From a virus: DNA of 64,000 bases. The first letter of the stretch is position 1; the number at the start of each line of letters is the position of its first letter. The notes under the pieces are model-generated. The model was not told the origin of the DNA, searched no databases, and worked only from the letters and a program-made list of their open reading frames with translations. Of the stretch, positions 38,580-47,944 are shown piece after piece. Where the stretch lies: IMG/VR virus record IMGVR_UViG_3300024307_000003, positions 1-64,000 of that record. One strand, 5' to 3'. The translations under genes were made by a program, and so were the position numbers.

Positions 38580-38882
38580 TTATCTGTGAAGCTTGCTGGC
38601 TTGTTGTGCTTTCTCAATTTCTTCTTTGGCCTGTTCATGGTGTAACAATTCAACAGAATTTCTGATTCTCCGAAACTCATTTATCTTCGATAGAAGATCA
38701 AGATCAAGGTCCAGAAGGTTTACAGTTACATTACATTTTTCATCAAAGATGGGTTCAAGCCATAACATATCTTGCGCTGTTAGCGATGACTCTTTGTCTA
38801 TCCTTTCATACAGCGCGGCCTCCTTCCTACTTAGCTCTCGATTGGAGCTGCCGGGAGGAAGAAAGCCAATAAATCTTTTTTT
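38580..38882 (-). CDS. -1 frameshift extension of the tail assembly chaperone (gpGT-like)
   Basis: The -1 frame is open from the A7 slippery run through ORF 38580-38768. Confidence 0.85.
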   Translation of the reverse strand, partial: KKRFIGFLPPGSSNRELSRKEAALYERIDKESSLTAQDMLWLEPIFDEKCNVTVNLLDLDLDLLSKINEFRRIRNSVELLHHEQAKEEIEKAQQASKLHR

Positions 38883-39271
38883 AGCAGTGTACCGTAATTC
38901 TGATTGATGATCTCAACACACAGTTGAAGAACACCAGTAAGCCCTACACCTTGTTCTGCCAAAATATCCAGCGTTGCTGGTTTCTTGGATGCGCCATTTT
39001 TGGGACGATACCAAACGCCGTCAATCAAACGATCTGCCAGTTTTTCTAAATCAATTCCAGCTAATGCCCCCATAATCCCTTCGATCATGGCAATCACTTG
39101 CATTCCTTCTTCAAAGCTTCCTGACACTGCCAGAGCATTTACAAAAGGTTCTTTAATGAGAGGGATAACAATGTTGTTCTCACGGAGCTGACGACGCAAG
39201 TCCCACGAGTTGAGCGTAACTTCTAATTGTGTCCCATCTTCACACGGGACGTGAATAATTTTCTCTTGCAT
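38831..39271 (-). CDS. tail assembly chaperone (gpG-like)
   Basis: Between tube and tape measure genes; contains CTA AAA AAA GAT. Confidence 0.85.
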   Translation of the reverse strand: MQEKIIHVPCEDGTQLEVTLNSWDLRRQLRENNIVIPLIKEPFVNALAVSGSFEEGMQVIAMIEGIMGALAGIDLEKLADRLIDGVWYRPKNGASKKPATLDILAEQGVGLTGVLQLCVEIINQNYGTLLKKDLLAFFLPAAPIES

Positions 39272-39296
39272 ATTTATCTACCTACAAAAATTTAAA

Positions 39297-39336
39297 CAAT
39301 AAAAAGGAGGAATGCGATTCCTCACATCCTCCTTTA
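39297..39336 (-). terminator. intrinsic terminator after the tail tube gene
   Basis: AAAGGAGGA...TCCTCCTTT stem followed by a U tract on the minus strand. Confidence 0.6.
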
Positions 39337-39388
39337 TAATCTCCACTTACAGGAGCGATTTACAACTAGCTAGTTATAGCTATTTACT

Positions 39389-39892
39389 TCAAGTTCCCGG
39401 AATTCCACCAGAGATTAAATCTGCTGTTTGCGCTGCTACGCTCAGAGCGCTGTTAGACGCAGTGATCAGAGCTACACCAAACAGGCTATACTCCCTAGCT
39501 TCTACGTTATTACTCCAAACCCGTTGAGGGTCTTTCTGAATCCAGCAGTTAGCTACAAACACGGTTTCAAAAGCCGCAGGATCGTAGATTTCCAGAGTCA
39601 TCAGAGGAGGAACGGACAAGATGTTCCCTACAACTTTTAAATCTTCAAGCTTCTTAATGGAAGGAGAAGTTTGTTGCAAGCGAAGGGTGATAGTACAAGT
39701 GGCATCACGGTTAGCAGCTCGGCTAACTTCCCCACGAGTTCCAACATGATTATTGAAGAATTCTTGATTGCGTTCAACTGTGATCATTTCCCCTTCAGGA
39801 AACCCCACCAACTCAACTTTTGCACCAAGTGCTTTCAATGTGATTATAACGTCATTAGGATCATAAGTCCCAAGTAATGCAGGTATTGGCAT
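39389..39892 (-). CDS. tail tube protein (DUF3277-like)
   Basis: TYDPNDV...VGTRGE...TITLRLQQTSPS. Confidence 0.85.
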   Translation of the reverse strand: MPIPALLGTYDPNDVIITLKALGAKVELVGFPEGEMITVERNQEFFNNHVGTRGEVSRAANRDATCTITLRLQQTSPSIKKLEDLKVVGNILSVPPLMTLEIYDPAAFETVFVANCWIQKDPQRVWSNNVEAREYSLFGVALITASNSALSVAAQTADLISGGIPGT

Positions 39893-39909
39893 ATTTTATT
39901 CTCCTAATA

Positions 39910-41235
39910 TCACAATTTGACAAAACCGGAAATTTTGAAAGTATGCCAAACTGGATTAATCGTTGCTTCAAACGGAATATCCGGCAGGAAGCGATTAGCC
40001 TTGTTGTTTGTGCTGATGTCAGATGCTTTAGGTGGGAACACTTTGTAAGAAGCAAGCCACCCGTATTTAACAAACTCATCCAGCACAACATTCATTTCAC
40101 TGACAACTTCACGAATACCTTCATCTCCAGCCAGACGTTTCCCCAAGTCGGAAACACGTTTGATCAAACCAAACACGCCTTCCTGCATACGGGCTTCAAG
40201 AGCCAGAGAACCGTGGATATTATCGAAGAACCTCCCGCTAGAAACCTTACCGTCTTCCATCCAACCCACACCGCCACGACGAACATAAATATTCGCAGAC
40301 TTACCTTTAGCAAAAGTAGCTTCAGTGGTGGAGATAGAATCAACAGCAACACCTATCAGGGTCTTGGCAAACAAGTCACCAGTTCCGGGGAAGGAAGTTG
40401 CGATAGTTCCAAGAGCAGCACCCTCGGCAAATTCTTTATCCGCACCTTTATACGCAACCAACATAACGTTGTCATATTGTGCAGCATTCAGAATAGAGGC
40501 GATGTCAACAGTGGAGCTAGTGAAGATTGCGCTTTCCTGCGAAGACACAAAATAAATCTTCTTATTGGCAGCAGCATATTCTGCAAAGTCTTCAATGTCT
40601 GTTCCATCGTGGCTATCAGACAAAATGAAGAACCATTGATCATTCACATCCACAATTGCACTCAGAGCCTGAGTTGCAGTTTCACTCGAAGTGAAGGACA
40701 GAGTGATGTTGGAAGTGGAAGCTCCCAAGCTCACCTTACCAGTAGAAGCAGGGGCTACAATCAATGTAGAGGTACTATTGGTTGCAGTGACAAAAGAGTT
40801 GATATCTGTGTCAGCTTCAATCAAAGCAGCCAGCCCAGCAGCAATCTCTGTTCCTGTTGCATCAGCATCGGAAGTGTAAGTAAATGCTTTATCATAAGAA
40901 GCACTACCAGTGTTGACACTCAAGGTGATCGTGTAAGCAGTGGTGTTAGCAACGTCAAAGGTTGCTCTGTAATCAGTGAGCGCTCTGCGACCAATTACAA
41001 CTTGATTCGGAGCTTTGATACCTGCAAAAATATCAGCTACCATTTTATAAACCGGGCTACCATCGGCAAAACCATCAGCCAGCAGATCATCAGCATCCGT
41101 ATAAATACGAACACGATCTGTCCACACATTATGTGCAGAAACAATCACTGGGATGTCAAACGATGCTACAGATATTGGTCGATCACCAAGGGTGATAACG
41201 ACATCTACAATATCTTCAATATCAAATGCCATCAA
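39910..41235 (-). CDS. tail sheath protein (DUF3383-like)
   Basis: DIVDVVI...ADGFADGSPVYK...IGRR; position. Confidence 0.9.
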   Translation of the reverse strand: MMAFDIEDIVDVVITLGDRPISVASFDIPVIVSAHNVWTDRVRIYTDADDLLADGFADGSPVYKMVADIFAGIKAPNQVVIGRRALTDYRATFDVANTTAYTITLSVNTGSASYDKAFTYTSDADATGTEIAAGLAALIEADTDINSFVTATNSTSTLIVAPASTGKVSLGASTSNITLSFTSSETATQALSAIVDVNDQWFFILSDSHDGTDIEDFAEYAAANKKIYFVSSQESAIFTSSTVDIASILNAAQYDNVMLVAYKGADKEFAEGAALGTIATSFPGTGDLFAKTLIGVAVDSISTTEATFAKGKSANIYVRRGGVGWMEDGKVSSGRFFDNIHGSLALEARMQEGVFGLIKRVSDLGKRLAGDEGIREVVSEMNVVLDEFVKYGWLASYKVFPPKASDISTNNKANRFLPDIPFEATINPVWHTFKISGFVKL

Positions 41236-41247
41236 TTTCTCCTATTA

Positions 41248-41751
41248 TTATATACTGTAAGAGCCAGTGGCTCCTTCAAATGTTTCGATGGTGAAAGGAG
41301 CTTCGCCCTTTTCAGGTCCACCTTGAATAAATCTAAACTGGCATAGAAACTCATAACGCTTTTCACGTTTGTCTAACCACGAAATAGATGTGTCTCTAAC
41401 TGGTGTGCTATTGAAATAAGCAACCCCTTTAGGACGTAGTGTGTTTCTTAAAAGATTCTTATCCCGTAGGGAGCAAGAAATAACTTGAGCTTTCGTGATG
41501 GCATTCTTACCAATAGCAAGAATTCTCATTGTGGTTTCATACGTTGTGTAGTTGTGATAGACTCCGTTGGAGTCGGTGTCATAAGCACTATTTCCCCAAG
41601 CAATTGGGTTGATAGTCTCAATCTTCACAGCAACATAATCCCCGCAAGGAGGATTGAAATCTTCATCCATCAAATAAGGACGTTCTTGAATAGCAACGAG
41701 AATGAAATCAGAGACAGGATTGAAAAGGAATTCCTCAAGACGTGAACGCAT
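41248..41751 (-). CDS. tail terminator/completion protein
   Basis: Syntenic position before the sheath gene. Confidence 0.7.
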   Translation of the reverse strand: MRSRLEEFLFNPVSDFILVAIQERPYLMDEDFNPPCGDYVAVKIETINPIAWGNSAYDTDSNGVYHNYTTYETTMRILAIGKNAITKAQVISCSLRDKNLLRNTLRPKGVAYFNSTPVRDTSISWLDKREKRYEFLCQFRFIQGGPEKGEAPFTIETFEGATGSYSI

Positions 41752-41753
41752 TG

Positions 41754-42125
41754 TTATCTCCCATTCTCACTTACCATGTAAACACAATAGTGAGCATCCA
41801 AACCATCGAGCCAAGGCTCAACCTTGAACACTGAATACCACACGTCTCTATATTTGATTTTGTCTGGGAGATTAATTGAACCTTCCTTTCCAGCAATGAC
41901 TTCTGTTGGAGTGTAAACCTTGAACACAGACTTCACTCTGTATCCTTCTTCCAACGTTAAAAGCTCATTTCCTTTAACAGGTTGAACATCCGCATCTTTC
42001 ACAGTGAAAGAAAATTCTTTTCTTGTGACAGCGTGATACTCATCCTCTTCTTGGAACACACGCTTGGCTTCAAGCTCAATCATTGGGATAAATTTTCTTA
42101 CCCAAATACTTCTACTCATCTGCAT
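41754..42125 (-). CDS. head closure protein
   Basis: ADVQPVKGNELLTLEEGYR...FKVYT. Confidence 0.75.
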   Translation of the reverse strand: MQMSRSIWVRKFIPMIELEAKRVFQEEDEYHAVTRKEFSFTVKDADVQPVKGNELLTLEEGYRVKSVFKVYTPTEVIAGKEGSINLPDKIKYRDVWYSVFKVEPWLDGLDAHYCVYMVSENGR

Positions 42126-42603
42126 CTTTCCTGCGTGTCTTGGTTTTAACGTTCTCAGAGAGCCAGCCAGTTTCATACAACGGCCTATCAAAGCCTTTCT
42201 GTTCGACTGTATAAGGAGCATTTCTGGAGTAGTTATTAAACAAAATTCTAGTTGCTATCCATCGGGCCATGGCGTCTGCCATTGGTTTCAGAATAGCTCT
42301 TGGTGTTTTCTTTCTTTCTACAAAATTGTAGAAAGCTGAAACATACATAGACCTTAGTTCTATTAAGCTATCCATAGCCCCATCATGTATGAAAGGACGA
42401 GGAGGAATAAACCCCGGCTTACCGTAGTTGGCTCCATACTCAAGAATATTTGCCAGCTCGGCAGCATTAAGCTTCTTGTTGGGATGTTTCTGTTCTTGCC
42501 AGAATCCAGCCTTACCTGACCAGTCGTCTAGGTTCTTCAGTCTGGCTCGGAGGTTAAGCAACTCTTTCTTGTCACACTTAACCTTAACTCTCACAGAGGA
42601 CAT
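42112..42603 (-). CDS. neck/tail completion protein
   Basis: ILEYG...IPPRPF...NAPYTVEQKGFDRPLYETG. Confidence 0.8.
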   Translation of the reverse strand: MSSVRVKVKCDKKELLNLRARLKNLDDWSGKAGFWQEQKHPNKKLNAAELANILEYGANYGKPGFIPPRPFIHDGAMDSLIELRSMYVSAFYNFVERKKTPRAILKPMADAMARWIATRILFNNYSRNAPYTVEQKGFDRPLYETGWLSENVKTKTRRKDADE

Positions 42604-42612
42604 CTAAACTCC

Positions 42613-43059
42613 CTATGACAAATCGTCATAGAACCAACCAATCTCAGCATTCGCTGGGACATAAGCTGGGTCACATTTCAAATCATCCACATAACTCTTC
42701 ATTGTCCCACCAAACACCGGGAGAACAAAACCACTGGCTCCGGACTCGCTCGGGGGATTCTCTTCCAACCAATCCAAGAGATCAGAGACAGCTTTATATT
42801 TTTCTTGTCTGTATTCTTCTACTTCCCGTCCACCTTCTCTCTCACGTCTACGTGAGCCTTGGACAGCAAACTTGGATTTAATCCACTTCAAACACTGAAT
42901 ACTGGATTTATAAACCCTAGTTGTTTGTGTGTCCGAAGAAAACATATCCAAAGAATGAAGAACCATAATATCGGGAAGTTCATAGGGGACATCAACATCC
43001 CCTATGGAAAACCTCACCAACCAACTTTCATCTGTTGCATCAATGACTGGATCAGCCAT
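42613..43059 (-). CDS. head-tail connector protein
   Basis: VRFSIGD...; position. Confidence 0.7.
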   Translation of the reverse strand: MADPVIDATDESWLVRFSIGDVDVPYELPDIMVLHSLDMFSSDTQTTRVYKSSIQCLKWIKSKFAVQGSRRREREGGREVEEYRQEKYKAVSDLLDWLEENPPSESGASGFVLPVFGGTMKSYVDDLKCDPAYVPANAEIGWFYDDLS

Positions 43060-43087
43060 AAATCTTCTCCAATCTCATTGTTGGTTA

Positions 43088-43468
43088 TTAATCTTCAGTG
43101 ATGGTGATCTGACCAATCGCGAAGGTACCACTCTCACCGTTGTTCAGGGTGATGTTGGAAGTCAGCGGGCCGTAGTACTTAACATTTCCACCTGAACCTG
43201 TTGCTGCTGAAACAATAAAAATATGCGTAGCTGTTGCCCATGCGCCTCCAGAGGCGGTAAAAGTTACAGCTCCTGTATTGGTAGCAGTACTCCCAGTTAC
43301 TGTAAAACTTACAGACTGACGTGTGTAACCATTACCAGTAAGCTCCACAGCCGATATAGTGGTACCAGTGTGAGCATCTGTAGGGGTTGCACTGCACAGT
43401 CCAACCCAGTTGGAACCACCCAGTAAGTTGGTAAGGGCCGCATTTTCTGCGTAATCTGATTTTGGCAT
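43088..43468 (-). CDS. Gp80-like fibre ('bead') protein, paralogue 1
   Basis: SDYAEN.AL...VGL...EL.GNGYTRQSV.F...NTGAVTF...W..ATH. Confidence 0.7.
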   Translation of the reverse strand: MPKSDYAENAALTNLLGGSNWVGLCSATPTDAHTGTTISAVELTGNGYTRQSVSFTVTGSTATNTGAVTFTASGGAWATATHIFIVSAATGSGGNVKYYGPLTSNITLNNGESGTFAIGQITITED

Positions 43469-43478
43469 TTAATCCTCC

Positions 43479-43823
43479 TTAACAAACAGAAACGTAAAGC
43501 AGAGGAGATTCACATCCCTCTCCCAATACAATCCCGTTTGGTGTTAAAATATCGTAAATAGTTAGACGTGCAGGAAGTGGTGTACAATTCCTTGACGTAA
43601 GATAAGGGCCTAGTTTTAACCAGATTTCCCCTGTCTCAAATGGGTCTTCAGGAGTTCCTATCCAAGTGAAAGCATCATCATCAACATCGCTGTCAACAAA
43701 TTCACCATCACACTCAAGGGTCATCCTGAGAACACCAGAGAGGTCTACCGGAATCTCTTTATCCAACACCTTAATTCGGGTTGTTGTATCTGATCCTGCA
43801 TAGACTGAAACGAAAATGGTCAT
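43479..43823 (-). CDS. BppU/Ig-like virion accessory protein
   Basis: PVDLSGV..MTL...GEIWLKL. Confidence 0.55.
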   Translation of the reverse strand: MTIFVSVYAGSDTTTRIKVLDKEIPVDLSGVLRMTLECDGEFVDSDVDDDAFTWIGTPEDPFETGEIWLKLGPYLTSRNCTPLPARLTIYDILTPNGIVLGEGCESPLLYVSVC

Positions 43824-43844
43824 ACAAACCTCCAAATGAAGGAG

Positions 43845-44252
43845 TTACGCCACTTCCAGACGCAGTTCACCGATAGGAAACTGACGTACTTGACCAGAAA
43901 GAACAGTAACCGGAGAAGTTAATGCAAAGTGCATAATGACATTACCAGCACCATGTGTGGCACTATCAGTGATAAAAGCATGTGTTGCAGTTACCCAATC
44001 AGCCGATGCTGTAAAGTTTACTGCACCCGTATTTGCAATACGGTTGTTTGCACCTCCAGACGGGGCACCAAAAGTAACCGCTTGACGAGCATAGCCGTTA
44101 GAGTTGGCCAGCTCGGGAATGGTTGCTCCTGTGTGAGCATCTGTTGTGGCAGACGAAGCCAAACCAACGTACACAGTTGTTGGGGCTGTAATGTTGGTGC
44201 CACGAATCCAATTAAGGATTGCGTTTTCCATATAATCTGAAAAAGCGGACAT
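43845..44252 (-). CDS. Gp80-like fibre ('bead') protein, paralogue 2
   Basis: SDYMENAIL...VYVGL...ELANSNGYARQAVTF...NTGAVNF...W.TATH. Confidence 0.7.
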   Translation of the reverse strand: MSAFSDYMENAILNWIRGTNITAPTTVYVGLASSATTDAHTGATIPELANSNGYARQAVTFGAPSGGANNRIANTGAVNFTASADWVTATHAFITDSATHGAGNVIMHFALTSPVTVLSGQVRQFPIGELRLEVA

Positions 44253-44280
44253 CTGTTATTGTTTTCCTCTATGTTGTGCC

Positions 44281-45156
44281 CTAAAGAGCGTTCCTGTTAA
44301 TTGAATGAACAAGACGAATTTTTTGTAATCTTTGGAGACGAAGCGATGGGGAACGAATTGTTCCTGAAGCAAATCCACTTCCTAATAGCGATCCTGCTAA
44401 ATCAGACCCAGTAGCCAAGAATGTGGAGTTAACCACTCCAGTTCCTGTTCCAGAAGCTGTCCCTGCAAGGTCAGCAGCTTGAGAAAGGATTGTGTTTCCT
44501 GTTCCAGTGGCTACCCCTTGGCTTTGTCCAGCAAAGCCCGTGTAGAGGCCCCCAGAGGCTATAGCTGTCCCTACGGAGTCCCCAGAGATATAATCAGGTT
44601 GGTCAATTCCCCCTTCTACTAACCCGCTTCCCAGAGCAGAAGCCCTGAAGGTCAGAAGAACTGTTCCTGTTGCGGTAGAGGATGCCACTCCAGAGGCTCG
44701 TAGAGGCTCATAGAGACCTCCTGATACAAACCCGCTACCTAAGCCTTGGGCACTCCATATTTCGCTAAGGGAAGCTCCACCAGAGCCTGTGCCTACAGCA
44801 TCAGCCTTGATGTCTTGGATTGTTGTAACAGAAGCAACGCTTCCAATTCCAACCCCTAGAACCTCTGCTCTAAATACATCATCGTCTATATTTCCATCAG
44901 CTACACCCGAGCCAAGGGCTACGGACTGTAGGGCTGGATAACTTGTGGCCTCTCCTGATCCAACTCCAGAAGCATCAGCTTCCAAGACAGAATAGATTCC
45001 CCCAGAAGCTAACGCTTGTCCTACAGGGGCGGCAGTGAAGTATTGAACGAGGTTGGCAGTGGCAAATCCACTACCGAGAGCATCAGCTTCAAACGCGGGT
45101 AAGTAATCAAACCCACTATCTTCAGGTGTTAGAAAGCTGCGATCTAAGACAGCCAT
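44281..45156 (-). CDS. Gly/Ser/Ala repeat virion protein ('string')
   Basis: ~18-22-aa repeats of A.ALGSG.A.G.L. Confidence 0.7.
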   Translation of the reverse strand: MAVLDRSFLTPEDSGFDYLPAFEADALGSGFATANLVQYFTAAPVGQALASGGIYSVLEADASGVGSGEATSYPALQSVALGSGVADGNIDDDVFRAEVLGVGIGSVASVTTIQDIKADAVGTGSGGASLSEIWSAQGLGSGFVSGGLYEPLRASGVASSTATGTVLLTFRASALGSGLVEGGIDQPDYISGDSVGTAIASGGLYTGFAGQSQGVATGTGNTILSQAADLAGTASGTGTGVVNSTFLATGSDLAGSLLGSGFASGTIRSPSLRLQRLQKIRLVHSINRNAL

Positions 45157-45212
45157 ATTATTCTCCTGAGACTTTTAAAGTCGAAGACAGCGTGAACATC
45201 TTTATGGACACG

Positions 45213-45569
45213 CTACACCTCAACTACTGTGCCTGTTAATCTGAAGTAATGACTCTCATCATCATCAAATGCCACCAAACGGTACACTTGTCCTGTTGTA
45301 GCAGCACTCAGCGTTATTTCTCCAATCCCGTTAGTGATAACTAGGTTGGTTCCTTTATCCACAGCAGTGATTGCTTGCCCGTTGTAATTCGCTATATCAA
45401 TGTCCGTCTGAGTGATAAACCAGTATTGAAACGTGTGGGTAACAGGATTCCCGGCAGTATTAACTACCGGGTTTCCGCTTCCAATGATAATCTTCTTTGG
45501 AACATCACCAACTTGAAGAGCACCAGTTAACCATCCATTCTCAACTAAACTACCTGTTAACCATGCCAT
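45213..45569 (-). CDS. virion accessory protein
   Basis: 118-aa beta-rich ORF with duplicated WLTG. Confidence 0.6.
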   Translation of the reverse strand: MAWLTGSLVENGWLTGALQVGDVPKKIIIGSGNPVVNTAGNPVTHTFQYWFITQTDIDIANYNGQAITAVDKGTNLVITNGIGEITLSAATTGQVYRLVAFDDDESHYFRLTGTVVEV

Positions 45570-45579
45570 TTAAATCCCC

Positions 45580-47943
45580 TTATAATGTGTAGCTAAAACC
45601 GGAATAACTTCCGCTTCCGCTATCAGGAAACTCAACGTATACAGTTTCACCAGTAACACCCATCACATTGTTAGTTAATGTCCAGATTCCCGAACCATTT
45701 GTATTAACTGTGGTACTAAGTGCTATAGTTCCATCTGCTCTACGAATACGTACAGGGATGTTAGATACGCTAGCTCTTATTTGTTTTGTAGAAGCGTCTC
45801 TCATCACTTGACTAGTGATTGTTACGTTTGCGGGGTTAACTGTCAAACCAACTGTGTTGGAATAGACAATACCACCTTCAGAGCTTGTCACTCGACAATA
45901 GAAAGATTTTCCATTATCTCCAAGAACTGTTGTTCTAGCATAAGTAGAAGAAGTTGCTCCTGACACTAATATATCAGTTGTACCATTTTCTTCAAACCAT
46001 TGATAAGCAGAAGCTCCTGTAGCAGACAGAACGAACGAGGCTACTTGACCTGCTGTTACGTTTTGAGCCGAAGGTTGAACAGTGATAGTGGGTACGCTAG
46101 CTGCCCGTGTAGTTACGCTTACAGAGTCTGTTACTCCTCCCGAAGCTACGCCACCTGTTACAACAGCACCATAAGTACCAGAAGTCAGTTTCATATAAAC
46201 TGTCTGACCAAGCTGTCTTACTACAGAACTTCCATATGTTCCGTTGCTTGCATCAGACACTGTAGCACTTCCTGTAGCAGCAAAAGTAACGTTTGTAGCT
46301 GCTGTAGTTCCTGCTACAACAAAAGAACGTATTGTGTCTGTATTAGGATTGGCTCCTGTTACATCAGCTCCAAGATCAAACTGTGTTGGAATAATGTCTG
46401 CTGGTGGATCATAATTTATAGTAGCAAAAGCTGAATGTGCTCCATCCGTCTGATCTACAACTGCAACACTCATCGTTCCATCAAAAGCGCCCGTGAAGGT
46501 TGGAATACCATTCGCAGCAATACTAATTGTGTTGGTTTCATTGTTGTAAACCAACTGATCCCCATTCGCTGCTGCTGGGGATGTCTCCACCTCTCCTGTA
46601 GTAGAAGCTGGATTGTAGCCAGATAAAGTTACATGACTATATCCTGTAGCAGGAGTCATTGATGTTGACCCAGAAGCACTTCCACTAGTAAGGGTTACAG
46701 TTGCACCATAAAGAGTGGCAGGCCAGTTAGAGGATGTTCTAGCTACAGCGGTTGTTGTAGAATTTACAGCAGTGTGTGCACCTTGTGCAACTCCGTTAAT
46801 TGTAACTGCCGATAACGACCCCGGCGCTTCATCCCATGTAATCTGAAAACTAGTCTGGTCATAACGGATAGGATTTCCGCCATTGATAGACAGGATTGAG
46901 TTACTAACTGCCAAAGTAGTTACGTTGACAGAAGCATATATTTTAGCTCCTAAACCCCCTACTTCTTGAGCACGAACCCAGTATCTTCGTTGTGTATTTG
47001 CCGGTAAATCTATAGTGGTGTCATAGAACACAGTAGCCGCCACACTAGTACCATCAGTTGGTGCAGCATCAAAGGTGGCATCCGAGGGTTGAGCTTGTGA
47101 TATGTTGTCATAACCGATTATCTTAATAGTGGCAGCAAGGGATGTTGTGAGTGCCATCCTGAAACTACTAGCGGTTATCTGGTCCGCAGAAGGAGTAGCC
47201 AACCAAGACAATGTAGGTGTTGTCGATGGCATCGTATCGTCATCAGCTGCGATAGCAAGTAACACATCTTCAATAGTAGCTTCATCTAGGGCTGCTGTTT
47301 CCCACGCAGCACACTTAATCATTCCTTCGCCATTATCAAAAGCTGTCTGGCGATTACCTATAACTAATTGGGCTGTACCAGTAAGACCACTTATGGTAGC
47401 GTTCTGTGGGAGAGTATAACCACCATAACCACCATCAGGTGTTATCGGCGTAAGCACACCACCCGACAACGTATAGAACTTTATTCGTTCCTGAATCGTT
47501 GCCTGAGTGGTGTCGATACGGACAGCAATAAGGGATTGGGAATTGTAAAAATTAAAACTATTACCAGCGAAATTAAAACCATGTAGACCAAAAACACTAC
47601 GCTCATACATTAAGGCCGGTGTACCACCATCTGGTCCAAGTATAAACATAGTGGACCAGTCGTCTACAGAATACCCAGCCCATTTAAGGAAGAATGTTCC
47701 TTGGTTTGTTCCATTAAGTTCCGTAGCTATTGTAGAACCAATTGCAGCCCAAGCCCTAGCGTCACTTGTTTCGCTTGCAGCGGTCCAATTTAAACCGCTA
47801 CCCTCCCCATCAGCCGAGAAGGCCATTCCTCCCGGACCATAATCGAGCGTTAGAGGTAGAGAAGCAGTGCCTTGGTTGGCAGTAGTGGTTGGTGTAGTTC
47901 CGCTAGTAGCTTCGTCTAAACCGTAGAAAAATTTAAAACTCAT
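45580..47943 (-). CDS. large adhesin-like virion protein (lectin-like N-terminus, FN3/Ig domains)
   Basis: PTITVQPSAQNV...AYQW...FYCRVT Ig domain; Thr/Ser-rich. Confidence 0.75.
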   Translation of the reverse strand: MSFKFFYGLDEATSGTTPTTTANQGTASLPLTLDYGPGGMAFSADGEGSGLNWTAASETSDARAWAAIGSTIATELNGTNQGTFFLKWAGYSVDDWSTMFILGPDGGTPALMYERSVFGLHGFNFAGNSFNFYNSQSLIAVRIDTTQATIQERIKFYTLSGGVLTPITPDGGYGGYTLPQNATISGLTGTAQLVIGNRQTAFDNGEGMIKCAAWETAALDEATIEDVLLAIAADDDTMPSTTPTLSWLATPSADQITASSFRMALTTSLAATIKIIGYDNISQAQPSDATFDAAPTDGTSVAATVFYDTTIDLPANTQRRYWVRAQEVGGLGAKIYASVNVTTLAVSNSILSINGGNPIRYDQTSFQITWDEAPGSLSAVTINGVAQGAHTAVNSTTTAVARTSSNWPATLYGATVTLTSGSASGSTSMTPATGYSHVTLSGYNPASTTGEVETSPAAANGDQLVYNNETNTISIAANGIPTFTGAFDGTMSVAVVDQTDGAHSAFATINYDPPADIIPTQFDLGADVTGANPNTDTIRSFVVAGTTAATNVTFAATGSATVSDASNGTYGSSVVRQLGQTVYMKLTSGTYGAVVTGGVASGGVTDSVSVTTRAASVPTITVQPSAQNVTAGQVASFVLSATGASAYQWFEENGTTDILVSGATSSTYARTTVLGDNGKSFYCRVTSSEGGIVYSNTVGLTVNPANVTITSQVMRDASTKQIRASVSNIPVRIRRADGTIALSTTVNTNGSGIWTLTNNVMGVTGETVYVEFPDSGSGSYSGFSYTL

Positions 47944-47944
47944 A

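Noticed and set aside
39877-41346. 489-aa plus-strand ORF (similar cases at 12117-13016, 50850-51620, 51499-52341)
   Set aside because: Antisense shadows of strongly codon-biased genes (sheath, 669-aa protein, capsid, decoration)
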